Positions 19,268 through 28,850 of a DNA stretch of 64,000 nucleotides are shown here, piece after piece. Where the stretch lies: NCBI GenBank assembly GCA_038046245.1, contig JBBSWO010000008.1, positions 2,521-66,520 of the forward strand. The letters are read 5' to 3'. The position numbers and the translations under genes were made by a program. The notes under the pieces were generated by a model, which saw only the letters and a program-made list of their open reading frames with translations, was not told the origin of the DNA and ran no database searches. Each line of letters starts with the position of its first letter. The stretch's first letter is position 1. The stretch is from Nanobdellota archaeon. Lineage in GTDB: Archaea; Nanobdellota; Nanobdellia; Pacearchaeales; GW2011-AR1.

Positions 19268-20452
19268 TTAAAATTTAATGCTTGCTCCAGCATAAATTTC
19301 AGAACTTGTTTCTCCTGTTCTGAAGTCATGTTTTGCTTTGACATCTAAGTCAAAAGGAGTGCCAGGTATTGTTGTGTAAATATCTACAGCCCCTGTTGGA
19401 GTCCAGATTCTTTTTTCTTTGTCGTACTTAAAATCTGTTTTTATTCCAGCACCTAAGCTTGGAGTCCACCTATGCCAGTAGGTGCTGTTTACATCAACTT
19501 TTTTAGGAGTATTTTCCCAAGCCAAAGATATTGCGCTATGCCCAGTTTTTCCATCAATTTTGAACAAATCAGGAGCAATCCATCCCCATGCGCAGTTATC
19601 AGTCACTCCTCTGAAGTCTGGTTCTGTGAAATATTCTCCAGCGACATCAAAGAAACCTACCCCCATTCCAGTTCCAGCTGGAACAATAAGCATTTTTCCG
19701 CTTTGCTCTTTGTTTTTAAGATCAATATTTGTAAAGTGGTAAGCTCCCCATCCTTCACCATCTAATCCAACTATGTTAAACAGTTTATCGTTTGCTGTCT
19801 GCCCTCCAAAACTTACGTAACCTAAAATATCTTTACTGAGGGGCACACTAGCTCCAAAATAACCACTGAGATTATTGTGTTTTCCAAAGTCGGTTAAGCT
19901 TGCATTAAGAGTCATGTTTTCAAGGCTAAGTTTTCCTCCAATCATTCCTGCAGATAAACCATTGCTAACAATTCCTGCTCTTAAGAAGTTTTTACCTAAA
20001 CTATATCTGGCTATTCCAGTATGTGTTTTTTCTTTATCTGGTTCATTTGTATTGTAAGATGTTTCAAGCTCAAGTTTTCCGAATGTTTTACCTGTTTGTA
20101 AAGATGTTCTAAAAGCATTTAACTCGTCTTCATCTCTATCATCCTGAGCGATGAATCTGATTCCCAATGGACTATAAGTTGCATCGACTATTCCACTGAC
20201 CCCTTCTGAAAGAACAATTCCAGAATAAACTGAAACGTTTTTCTCTTGGGCTTTTTCTTGAGCCATTGTCCCTAAAGGTAGAGTTCCTAGTGTTAAGGCT
20301 GTGAGACCGTATACTAACGGTCTTCTTACCTTGCTCTTAATTTGCTCAACAAGAGTTGGATCAACTTCCTTTCTTAAAGCTGTAGGAAGGTACAATTCTT
20401 TACTTTTGCTGAATTCAAATCCTTCTCCTTGATGAGTTATTGTTTTTGTCAT
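19268..20452 (-). CDS. Secreted beta-barrel (outer-membrane-protein-like) protein
   Basis: Internal signal peptide RRPLVYGLTALTLGTLPLGTMA-QE; many alternating-polarity Gly/aromatic-rich strands; C-terminus EIYAGASIKF. Confidence 0.6.
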   Translation of the reverse strand: MTKTITHQGEGFEFSKSKELYLPTALRKEVDPTLVEQIKSKVRRPLVYGLTALTLGTLPLGTMAQEKAQEKNVSVYSGIVLSEGVSGIVDATYSPLGIRFIAQDDRDEDELNAFRTSLQTGKTFGKLELETSYNTNEPDKEKTHTGIARYSLGKNFLRAGIVSNGLSAGMIGGKLSLENMTLNASLTDFGKHNNLSGYFGASVPLSKDILGYVSFGGQTANDKLFNIVGLDGEGWGAYHFTNIDLKNKEQSGKMLIVPAGTGMGVGFFDVAGEYFTEPDFRGVTDNCAWGWIAPDLFKIDGKTGHSAISLAWENTPKKVDVNSTYWHRWTPSLGAGIKTDFKYDKEKRIWTPTGAVDIYTTIPGTPFDLDVKAKHDFRTGETSSEIYAGASIKF

Positions 20453-20566
20453 TGTAAAGGTGTAAAAAATATATATCTCTTAAACTTTATTATTAAACTT
20501 TATATATTAGTATAAATCTATATATATTTTAGAAAGGTTTATATAATAATTAATCTTACTACCGAT

Positions 20567-21460
20567 ATGAACAGAAAGCTTGTAAAACAAGGGACAGCAA
20601 CGTTGATGATTAGTCTGCCTTCTAAATGGCTTAAAGATCATTCTTTGGATAAGGGGGATAATATTGACTTGGAACAACTGGAAGATAATTTAGTTATCTC
20701 ACCAGCTAAGCTAGGCAGAAAAATGGAGACAGAAATCACGCTTAGAGATTTAAATGAGTCCTCTATAAGGACGCTCATAACAAACACTTACAGAAAAGGC
20801 TATGACAAGATAACTGTAAATTTTGACACTCAACACCAATTCCAAATTCTTGAAGATGTTATAAGAAAAAAGTTAATTGGTTTTGACATTACAAAAAAAG
20901 AAGCAAAAAAATGCTTTGTAGAAAACATAACAGAACCTTCTTTTGATCAGTTTGAAAACATACTGGGTAAAGTTTTCTTAAATATTTCTAGCTTATTTGA
21001 AATAACAAGAGCAAGATTGAATAATGATAAAACAGATGAAGATTTTGAGATTATAGAAGAAAAAATAATGCAATATGATAATTTTTGCAGGAGAGTTATT
21101 TCTAAAGGCCATTTGATAAAAGAAAGAAAAGAATTCTTTTGGTCTTTTTTACATTTAGTGGATCACGGCCAAAGAGAATTATATCATTTGAACAGGGCAA
21201 TGACGCGGCCTCCCAAAATATTAAATGAAACATTAAATGACGCTGAAAAAATGTTTGAGCTCGCTAAAAAGTCTTACCTGGAAAAAGATCTTAAATCGCT
21301 GTCTGAAATGCACGCTTTAGATAAGAAAGCTTTTTATGAAAGAGGATACAAAACACTTGAAAAATTAAAGGGTAAAGAAGTTATTCTTGGTTATCATCTA
21401 ATGGCTTGCCTAAGAAAGTTCTTCCAGACTAATTCGCCTTTGAGCGGTTTGTTACTTTAA
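20567..21460 (+). CDS. AbrB-domain / PhoU-family phosphate uptake regulator
   Basis: RKLVKQG-ATLMISLPSKW..L-KGD AbrB N-terminus, Y-KGYD-I, helical PhoU-like C-terminus. Confidence 0.8.
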   Translation: MNRKLVKQGTATLMISLPSKWLKDHSLDKGDNIDLEQLEDNLVISPAKLGRKMETEITLRDLNESSIRTLITNTYRKGYDKITVNFDTQHQFQILEDVIRKKLIGFDITKKEAKKCFVENITEPSFDQFENILGKVFLNISSLFEITRARLNNDKTDEDFEIIEEKIMQYDNFCRRVISKGHLIKERKEFFWSFLHLVDHGQRELYHLNRAMTRPPKILNETLNDAEKMFELAKKSYLEKDLKSLSEMHALDKKAFYERGYKTLEKLKGKEVILGYHLMACLRKFFQTNSPLSGLLL

Positions 21461-23833
21461 GTATTTGTTGGGAAGATTCCCTTTTTCCACTTGCTCTTTT
21501 ATTTTTGTATACTTAACAAAGGCAGCATAGTTTCCCATTTTTGAAGCTTCCCCTTCAATCTTAGCAATGATACTATCTCTTCTTGACCTCTCAGTCTTGA
21601 AAGCTTCCCATTTTTTTCTTGCCTTTTCTTTATCTGCAAAAAAATAAGGACTTCCAAAATTTGAGTTTGCCATTGCAGAATCACTTAGAGCTTTTTTATA
21701 TTCTTCATCTAGAGTATTCCCAAGTTTTCTTTCAATCTCCATTAACTTAACCCTAGTGCTATCTCCATCAATCGCTTCTCTATAGGCTATCAATGTATTT
21801 GACCAGGTTGAATCAGGATAAGCGTGTTCCCATGAGTAGGTGTCTGCCCATTCATGTTTTGGCTTAATGGGGAAAAAAGTATTTCCTAAAGGTCTGTTAT
21901 TTTCATCTTGATATTGAACTTGAAGTGTATATATTTTTGAAGTGTCTTCGCGTCTTGGAAAAGAATAACCTCCAACCCAAGTTGTGTCTAGTTCTGGAAT
22001 TGTAAAAACAGTCTTTATTCCATTTGGACAAAAATCATATTGCTTAGGTACTCCATCTTCGAGATCTTTTAAACTTACTCTGTTACTCATCCAATCTAGC
22101 TTAAGATATGAAATATCAACTTTCTGTTTAGGGTTTCCGACAACTAAAGGAATTCTTTTTCTGTCAATTATCTTTCCTTCATCATCATAATGAAAATTTT
22201 TTTCTCCAGAATCGTATGTTGAGTTTCCATCTACAATTGGCCATATTCTATTTTTTCCAGAATATGTTTCTACAACTAAAATATGGTTTCCTTCAGAAAT
22301 TCCTTTTGGAACTTCGATATCTGGCCAGTTGTAATATCCCCCATGCATATCATCATAAGCAACTGTTTCATCAAATGGACTTGGGTAAACTGTAAAATAA
22401 TCTCCTTCATATCCTTCAATATAAGCTTTACCCATCAATGTAGGTGCACCTAAGTTGCCTCTATCTCCTTTCTTGAAACTTTTTGACTGAGCATTAACAT
22501 AAATACTTAATTTATCTCCAGGTTTTACTTTTACATATGTTCTTTCTGGAAAACTGTTACCTAACCCATTAATTACTTGTGGCTTAACATCAATTATATT
22601 TGCATCAACTTCTGCAGGTTTTCCTCTGAACTCCCCATTTACATGTTGCTTTCCTTCCATCTCAGCTCTTATTTCTGCTTGAGTTGCTCTATCAGAAAGG
22701 TAACCTGCGTAAACTCCCAATGAACTAGCCCCCAAAAAAGTTGCAGCTATCACTGCATTAGAAATTCTTCTATGTTTGTCATAAAATGTACCTAATTCCT
22801 CTATCATAGTAGGTTTGCTTGCTTTTTCAAAATCACTTGCAAGATCATTAACTGAACTATACCTTTTTTTAGAATCTAAACTCAAACCTCTAGCGAATAG
22901 TTTTCTAAATCTTTTGAATGTTTTTGGTATTTTTGAAATTGCTGCTTCTAAACCTTTTTCATATTTTTTCAGATCAATTCTTCCATTTACATCTAAAAGA
23001 TTCTCTCCATTAGACATGTTTGTTGCTTCTCCACCATCTATATCAAACCTAAAAGGCATTTCTCCAGTTACTGCATAATACATATCAGTGACAAGAGCTC
23101 TTGCTTCAGATGATTCATCATAGTGTGAAATTTGTCCAGTAAAGCCTTGAACTTTTGAAGGGTCAACTAAATACCTTGAGCCAGAGGTTGGAAGAACGCC
23201 ATCTTTTAATTCATCAATCTTTGCAGCATTTGTCAAATCAATTAAACTGGCTCTTGTTCTTCCATTTTTCTTTATAAGAATATTTTTTGGGTTAGGATCT
23301 CTATGCAAAATTCTTTCGCTGTTTACAAGATATTTTTCTGCTTTAATAACATCTCCAAATGCTTCAACAAAATCCTGTTTTCCTAACGGGCCATTTTGCG
23401 AAACAATTTCTTTCAGTGTTTGCCCTGGGAAAAAATCTTCAACAGTAACAAATCCGCTATAACCCATTTCTTTTAACTCAGGACTAAAATAATAGTCTCT
23501 TATTGGGACAATGTTATTTCCCTCAGCATCCTTAATACTTGTAGCTACTTGAAGTTCTCTTTCTGTAGTATACCCTCTTGAGACGTGTCTTGTCGCGTGA
23601 GCTGTCTCAGGAGTTTTGTCAACTTTAATTACAACTTTTTTATTTCCCGGTCCCCACGAAGCAGTATAAATCCTTCTTGTTCCACCTTCTGTAAAAAAAT
23701 CTATGCCTGAATATTTGTTGTAACTTCCTTCACCATGGGGCAAAACGTCATTTAAGATTCTATAAATTGAATCAGTGTCTTTTGAGCCCACGGCTTCTCC
23801 GTCCAATCTGTCAGTTAGATCTATCATTTTCAT
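21452..23833 (-). CDS. Transmembrane Ser/Thr protein kinase-like protein with large extracytoplasmic domain
   Basis: EGGTRRIY, VVIK, RE helix C, LHRDPNPKNILI, LIDLT, TGEMPF; single TM (NAVIAATFLGASSLGVYAGYL); about 410-aa C-terminal domain. Confidence 0.8.
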   Translation of the reverse strand: MKMIDLTDRLDGEAVGSKDTDSIYRILNDVLPHGEGSYNKYSGIDFFTEGGTRRIYTASWGPGNKKVVIKVDKTPETAHATRHVSRGYTTERELQVATSIKDAEGNNIVPIRDYYFSPELKEMGYSGFVTVEDFFPGQTLKEIVSQNGPLGKQDFVEAFGDVIKAEKYLVNSERILHRDPNPKNILIKKNGRTRASLIDLTNAAKIDELKDGVLPTSGSRYLVDPSKVQGFTGQISHYDESSEARALVTDMYYAVTGEMPFRFDIDGGEATNMSNGENLLDVNGRIDLKKYEKGLEAAISKIPKTFKRFRKLFARGLSLDSKKRYSSVNDLASDFEKASKPTMIEELGTFYDKHRRISNAVIAATFLGASSLGVYAGYLSDRATQAEIRAEMEGKQHVNGEFRGKPAEVDANIIDVKPQVINGLGNSFPERTYVKVKPGDKLSIYVNAQSKSFKKGDRGNLGAPTLMGKAYIEGYEGDYFTVYPSPFDETVAYDDMHGGYYNWPDIEVPKGISEGNHILVVETYSGKNRIWPIVDGNSTYDSGEKNFHYDDEGKIIDRKRIPLVVGNPKQKVDISYLKLDWMSNRVSLKDLEDGVPKQYDFCPNGIKTVFTIPELDTTWVGGYSFPRREDTSKIYTLQVQYQDENNRPLGNTFFPIKPKHEWADTYSWEHAYPDSTWSNTLIAYREAIDGDSTRVKLMEIERKLGNTLDEEYKKALSDSAMANSNFGSPYFFADKEKARKKWEAFKTERSRRDSIIAKIEGEASKMGNYAAFVKYTKIKEQVEKGNLPNKYLK

Positions 23834-23978
23834 CCTCCAGAATATTTATTTTTAATTCTACAAGTGTTCCAGGCTTGAGACGGGACTCAATAATTCTCGG
23901 TATTACAATTATTGATTGAGAACCATGCTTCGCTATCTTTTTTGTTATTACAAATCCCTTTTTGTTTTTTTTATCCAT
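23811..23978 (-). CDS. Small AbrB/MazE/SpoVT-like DNA-binding protein (55 aa; absent from the ORF track)
   Basis: Manual translation: MDKKNKKGFVITKKIAKHGSQSIIVIPRIIESRLKPGTLVELKINILEDENDRSN*. The K-I-K-G-S-IVIP...LKPG-V-L pattern is a swapped-hairpin signature. Its 3' end overlaps the kinase start. Confidence 0.75.
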   Translation of the reverse strand: MDKKNKKGFVITKKIAKHGSQSIIVIPRIIESRLKPGTLVELKINILEDENDRSN

Positions 23979-24168
23979 TTTATATGTATAATTTATGTAT
24001 AAACTTGGAAAACAGTACTATTTAAATCTTCTTATTGTTACCTTTTTAAAGTTACTACATAACTAGCAATAGGAAAAGAACACTTAAAATCAATCCCTTC
24101 CGAAACCTTTAAATATCTCAAATCTTATCCATAAACATCCTCACAAGAGGTCTTCTAATAAAATTAAG

Positions 24169-24822
24169 ATGGATGACGAATTAAAGAGTTCATTATTAAA
24201 ATCAGGAACTAGCCTAGTAGCTATAGCATGCAGAGACGGAGTTGTGATGGCTTCTGATAGGCAAGTGACGCTAGGCCAAAGCATGGTTTCTAACAAAGAT
24301 TTTCAAAAGACAAATCAAATCAATGACTACTTGGTTGTTTCTTGGGCTGGATTAGTTTCCGGCGCGCAGCGTTTGTCAAAGCTTATTGCTGCCGAATTGA
24401 AACTTAAAGAATTAAGATCAAGAACAAGGCCAAACATAAAACAATCCGCAAATCTTGTTGCTTCACTATCATACTCAGGAATAAGACGGATGTCAATGGT
24501 TCCAGACATTGTTGATACTTTTGCTGGAGGATTTGATGAAGACGGCTCAGCCACAGTCTATCACATAGGAACAGATGGCTCTCTTGGTGAAGTAAACGAT
24601 TTTGACGCAAGTGGCTCGGGTAGGACATTCATAATCGGTTATTTGGAAAGAAACTACAAGAAAAACATCTCAGTAAAGGAAGGAGTAGAACTCGCAAAGG
24701 AATCACTTTTGTCTTCAACTCAAAGAGATGTTTATTCAGGTTATGGTATCGACATTTTTACAATCACAAAAGACGGTATTAAAAAAGCAGTAAGCCAAGA
24801 ATTGGTTACAGAACTCAAATAG
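24169..24822 (+). CDS. psmB: Proteasome subunit beta
   Basis: Propeptide ...KSG/TS, DGVVMASDRQ, ASGSG, RD-YSG. Confidence 0.93.
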   Translation: MDDELKSSLLKSGTSLVAIACRDGVVMASDRQVTLGQSMVSNKDFQKTNQINDYLVVSWAGLVSGAQRLSKLIAAELKLKELRSRTRPNIKQSANLVASLSYSGIRRMSMVPDIVDTFAGGFDEDGSATVYHIGTDGSLGEVNDFDASGSGRTFIIGYLERNYKKNISVKEGVELAKESLLSSTQRDVYSGYGIDIFTITKDGIKKAVSQELVTELK

Positions 24823-24841
24823 ATAATTTCTATTACATAAG

Positions 24842-26731
24842 ATGGACATTTTGAAGAAAATACAGGATAAGTTCTCTGGAGAAATCACGGAAGCTTCATT
24901 CGAAGGGGCAAACATTGTCCTTTACACAGACAATGAGAACTTTTTTAAGAATGGAGAAGGAAGGATAAAACAGGTAGTTGACGAAATAAAAAAAAGAGTT
25001 GAACTGAGAGCAGACGAAAAAATTCTTTTAAGTCAGGAAAAAACAGAGAAAAAAATCAAAGAGATAGTCCCGGTTGATGCAGAAGTCACAGAAATAATTT
25101 TTGATGTTCAAAGAAGCATCGTGATAATTGAGGCAAAGAAGCCAGGTTTAGTTATAGGAAAACAAGGGTCAATTCTTGAAGAAGTAAGACAAGCAACTCT
25201 ATGGACCCCCCAGATACAAAGATCTCCGGCAATAAAAAGCAAAATTACTGAAAGCATAAGAGAAGTTCTTTACGCTAACAACAATTATAGGAGGAGATTC
25301 TTGAATTCGATAGGGAAAAAAATTTACGCCGACTGGGATCCTTCAAAAAAAGAAGGATGGATAAGATTAGTTTTCTTGGGTGGAGCAAGGCAGGTTGGAA
25401 GAAGCTGTATATTGCTTCAAACACCAAATTCAAACATCATGCTTGATTGTGGTATAGACCCAGCAGTAGGGACGGGAAACCAGGACAAATTTCCCCAATT
25501 GGATGTTCCAGAATTCGACATGGCAAAACTCGATGCCGTTATAATAAGTCACGCCCACCTGGATCATATCGGTCTTTTACCTTATCTTTACAAAATGGGT
25601 TACAAAGGCCCGGTTTACATGACAACGCCTTCAAGAGATTTAGGAGCTTTACTCGCTTTGGATTTTATCGGGGTCGCTTACAAACAAGCAGAGAAACCTT
25701 TGTTCAGCTCTACTGACATAAAAGAAATGGTCAAACACAGTATATGCCTGAATTTCAATGAAGTAACTGATGTGACTCCAGATGTAAGATTGACTTTTTA
25801 CAACTCTGGACATGTTTTGGGAAGTGCAATGGTTCATCTAAATATCGGTAATGGCGCCCACAATCTTCTTTACACTGCAGATTACAAATATGTTAAAACA
25901 AGGCTTTTAGATCCTGCTGTGACAACTTTCCCAAGGTTAGAGTCGGTGATAACAGAGTCAACTTATGGGTCAAAAAATGATATTTTACCACCAAGAGCTG
26001 TGTCCGAAGATCAAATCATTGAAGCAATCAAAAAAACAATAGAAAGAGGAGGGAAAGTCTTGATTCCAGAGTTAGGCTTGGGAAGGGCTCAAGAATCAAT
26101 GTTAGTTATTGAAGATGCAATCAAATCAGGAAGGCTTCCAAACATCCCAGTTTACATAGATGGGATGATATGGGACATAAACGCAATACACACAGCTTAT
26201 CCAGATTTTTTAAGCACAAGAGTCAGGTCTCAAATTTTCCAGGATAAAAACCCGTTCTCTTCAGAGATATTTTCAAGGGTTGGCTCGCCACAAGAAAGAA
26301 AATTAGTTTTTGAAGGGGGTCCTTGCGTCGTTCTTGCAACTTCTGGAATGTTGATGGGAGGAGCTTCGGTTGAATACCTAAAAGAATTTGCATCCAACGA
26401 AAAAAACTCAATCCTTTTTGTTTGTTATCAGGGAGTTGGTTCTTTGGGAAGGCAAATTCAAGATGGCTTGAAATCAACAAGAATGAGTTCTGATGGAAGG
26501 GAAGAAACAGTCGCTATAAACTTGGAAGTTCACACAATTGCAGGATTCAGCGCTCACCCTGGAAGAAATGAAATCCTTTCTTTCTTCAACAACCTAAGGC
26601 CAAAGCCAAAAAGAATAATTGTCAATCATGGTGAAGTTTCAAAGTCTATGGATTTGGCATCTGCACTTTACAAGCTTAACAGAGTTGAGACAAACGTTCC
26701 AAGAATAATGGAAAGTATAAGGCTGAGATGA
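24842..26731 (+). CDS. aCPSF1 / FttA beta-CASP ribonuclease with KH domains
   Basis: FEGA-IVLYT, KPGLVIGK, LGG-RQVGRS, SHAHLDH, GH-LGSA, ESTYG, NHGE; conserved position after psmB. Confidence 0.95.
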   Translation: MDILKKIQDKFSGEITEASFEGANIVLYTDNENFFKNGEGRIKQVVDEIKKRVELRADEKILLSQEKTEKKIKEIVPVDAEVTEIIFDVQRSIVIIEAKKPGLVIGKQGSILEEVRQATLWTPQIQRSPAIKSKITESIREVLYANNNYRRRFLNSIGKKIYADWDPSKKEGWIRLVFLGGARQVGRSCILLQTPNSNIMLDCGIDPAVGTGNQDKFPQLDVPEFDMAKLDAVIISHAHLDHIGLLPYLYKMGYKGPVYMTTPSRDLGALLALDFIGVAYKQAEKPLFSSTDIKEMVKHSICLNFNEVTDVTPDVRLTFYNSGHVLGSAMVHLNIGNGAHNLLYTADYKYVKTRLLDPAVTTFPRLESVITESTYGSKNDILPPRAVSEDQIIEAIKKTIERGGKVLIPELGLGRAQESMLVIEDAIKSGRLPNIPVYIDGMIWDINAIHTAYPDFLSTRVRSQIFQDKNPFSSEIFSRVGSPQERKLVFEGGPCVVLATSGMLMGGASVEYLKEFASNEKNSILFVCYQGVGSLGRQIQDGLKSTRMSSDGREETVAINLEVHTIAGFSAHPGRNEILSFFNNLRPKPKRIIVNHGEVSKSMDLASALYKLNRVETNVPRIMESIRLR

Positions 26732-26777
26732 TTAAGATTTAAAAACTGATTTTACTTCGTATAAAAAAGGTGAAAAT

Positions 26778-27668
26778 ATGAAACACAATATCAAGATAAC
26801 ATTCTTTCTTTTATCAATGTTTATTGTAACACAGTTCATAGGAATTTTTGTCGTCAACCATTACATACAGGCTGGAAACAATCTGCCATACGGGATGTCT
26901 CCTCCTCAGGCCGAACAGGAGTCTGATTTTTTCACTTCTTTTCTGCCGTCAATAATTATAGCATTCATAATAGCCATAGTTGTCTTGTTTCTCCTAATAA
27001 AATTCAATGCTGAAGCGGTTCTGAAAGTTTGGTTTTTCGTTGTTGTGGCAATCGCTTTGGGGATAACATTTTCTTCCCTGCTTCCCAATTTTGCAAATAA
27101 AGAACTTTTCGTTTTAATTGTCGCATTGCCTCTGGCATTTTTCAAGATATTCCAAAGAAATTTCATTGTTCACAATGCTACTGAACTTTTGATATATCCT
27201 GGAATTGCTGCAGTATTTGTTCCTATGCTCAACATCTGGACAATAATCATTCTTTTGATACTAATTTCGTTCTATGACATGTGGGCCGTCTGGCATTCTG
27301 GCATTATGCAGAGAATGGCAAAGTATCAGATTAACAAGCTAAAGGTCTTCTCTGGATTTTTCTTGCCTTATGCCTCTAAACAAGTGAGGGAAAAAATAAG
27401 GAACATGAAGAAATCAGAATTGAAGACTAAAAAGATTAAAGTCAATTTGGCCATATTAGGCGGAGGAGATGTTATATTCCCAATAATCACTGCTGGAGTT
27501 GCATTAAAAACATTAGGGTTAGGGGCAGCATTGCTTGTTATCGCTGGAGCAACTTTAGGCTTGGCATATTTGTTCTTCTCGGCAGAGAAAAAGAAGTTTT
27601 ATCCAGCAATGCCTTTCATAACTATAGGGATATTTGTTGGCCTTATCATTTCTTATTTTCTGTTCTAG
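26778..27668 (+). CDS. Presenilin-family intramembrane aspartyl protease
   Basis: YD, LGGGD and PAMPF motifs in a multi-TM protein. Confidence 0.9.
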   Translation: MKHNIKITFFLLSMFIVTQFIGIFVVNHYIQAGNNLPYGMSPPQAEQESDFFTSFLPSIIIAFIIAIVVLFLLIKFNAEAVLKVWFFVVVAIALGITFSSLLPNFANKELFVLIVALPLAFFKIFQRNFIVHNATELLIYPGIAAVFVPMLNIWTIIILLILISFYDMWAVWHSGIMQRMAKYQINKLKVFSGFFLPYASKQVREKIRNMKKSELKTKKIKVNLAILGGGDVIFPIITAGVALKTLGLGAALLVIAGATLGLAYLFFSAEKKKFYPAMPFITIGIFVGLIISYFLF

Positions 27669-27741
27669 CTAGGTGCTTTGTCTTCACTTAACAAAAGTAA
27701 CAAAGAGTAAAGTTTATAAAGGATTTATTTGTCATCAAGCA

Positions 27742-28065
27742 ATGACAGAAAATGACTCTTTACCTAATCCAACAATAGGACTAAAAGTAATACTAGCAGG
27801 TGCTGATAAGTTTGATTATGCTCCTTATGTTCCTGGTGATATAGTGGCTGAGAAGGGTCAGCTAGCCTACGATTCAATATATAAACATATCAAAGAAACT
27901 CTTAAATCAAATCTTAAACAAGTTAGCTTTGTTTCATTAAACAATAAGTCTAGAACACTTGAATTAAAAGTAACCTCTCAGTTAGGAATGGATACTTCTA
28001 AATTAATGTCCGTATTAACACGGAACGGATACACTATAATCCCGCAAGGGGGGTGGAAAAAATAA
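27742..28065 (+). CDS. Hypothetical protein (start taken at MTENDS)
   Basis: ATG at 27742 about 25 nt after aaagtttataaa; ends 1 nt before trmB. Confidence 0.6.
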   Translation: MTENDSLPNPTIGLKVILAGADKFDYAPYVPGDIVAEKGQLAYDSIYKHIKETLKSNLKQVSFVSLNNKSRTLELKVTSQLGMDTSKLMSVLTRNGYTIIPQGGWKK

Positions 28066-28066
28066 A

Positions 28067-28849
28067 ATGCTCGTAAAACAAGATTTAATAAATAAAATAA
28101 AGGATTACTTTGACCTTAATATATATGAAACAAAGGTATGGTTAGCTTTGCTTGGAAAAGGAGTTGCGTCTGCAGGAGAAGTAGCTGAAATATCCGGGGT
28201 TCCAAGATCAAGAACTTATGATGTACTTGAAAGTTTAGAAAAGAAAGGGTTCTGCATAGTAAAACTAGGAAAGCCTGTAAAATATCTTGGAGTTAAACCT
28301 CACATCATACTCGAGAAATTAAAGAACAATGCAAGAAAGGATGCCGAAGAGAAAGTTGAAGTCCTTTCTAAGATAAGAGAGACAGAAGAGTTCACTCAAT
28401 TAGAATCTTTGTTCAAAGAAGGGATAAATCCTGCAAAGAGAGAGGATTTATCTGCTGCAATCAAGGGAAGATCAAACATAACAAACCATCTCAGAGAAAT
28501 AATCCAAAACGCAAAGAAAGAAGTCATTGTTTGCACAAATGTTGAGGAATTCAGGCTCAAGGCAAAACTTTTCAAGGAAACTTTTGACACTTTAAAAAAA
28601 GCGAATGTAAAAGTTTTGCTTGCTCTTTCGGGAGACAAGAATCTTGTCAAGAAATTAACGGATGATCTAGGAATAAAAGCAATTCCAGTAAGCATTGATG
28701 CAAAATTCTTCATAATTGACAGGGCGGAAATACTTTTCTATGTTTCAAAAAACCAAGACGAAGAGGATTTGGCAATCTGGCTTAACTCTGATTTTTTCAG
28801 CCAAGCTTTTGCATCTTTGTTTGAAAAAGCTTTGAAGGGAGAAAAATAA
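28067..28849 (+). CDS. TrmB-family transcriptional regulator
   Basis: LNIYETKVWLALL, SGVPRSRTYDVLESLEKKG, GKPVKY. Confidence 0.92.
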   Translation: MLVKQDLINKIKDYFDLNIYETKVWLALLGKGVASAGEVAEISGVPRSRTYDVLESLEKKGFCIVKLGKPVKYLGVKPHIILEKLKNNARKDAEEKVEVLSKIRETEEFTQLESLFKEGINPAKREDLSAAIKGRSNITNHLREIIQNAKKEVIVCTNVEEFRLKAKLFKETFDTLKKANVKVLLALSGDKNLVKKLTDDLGIKAIPVSIDAKFFIIDRAEILFYVSKNQDEEDLAIWLNSDFFSQAFASLFEKALKGEK

Positions 28850-28850
28850 A

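Noticed and set aside
23887-23915. Inverted repeat TCAATAATT...AATTATTGA as a regulatory hairpin
   Set aside because: Falls inside the AbrB-like coding sequence and is AT-only, so probably chance
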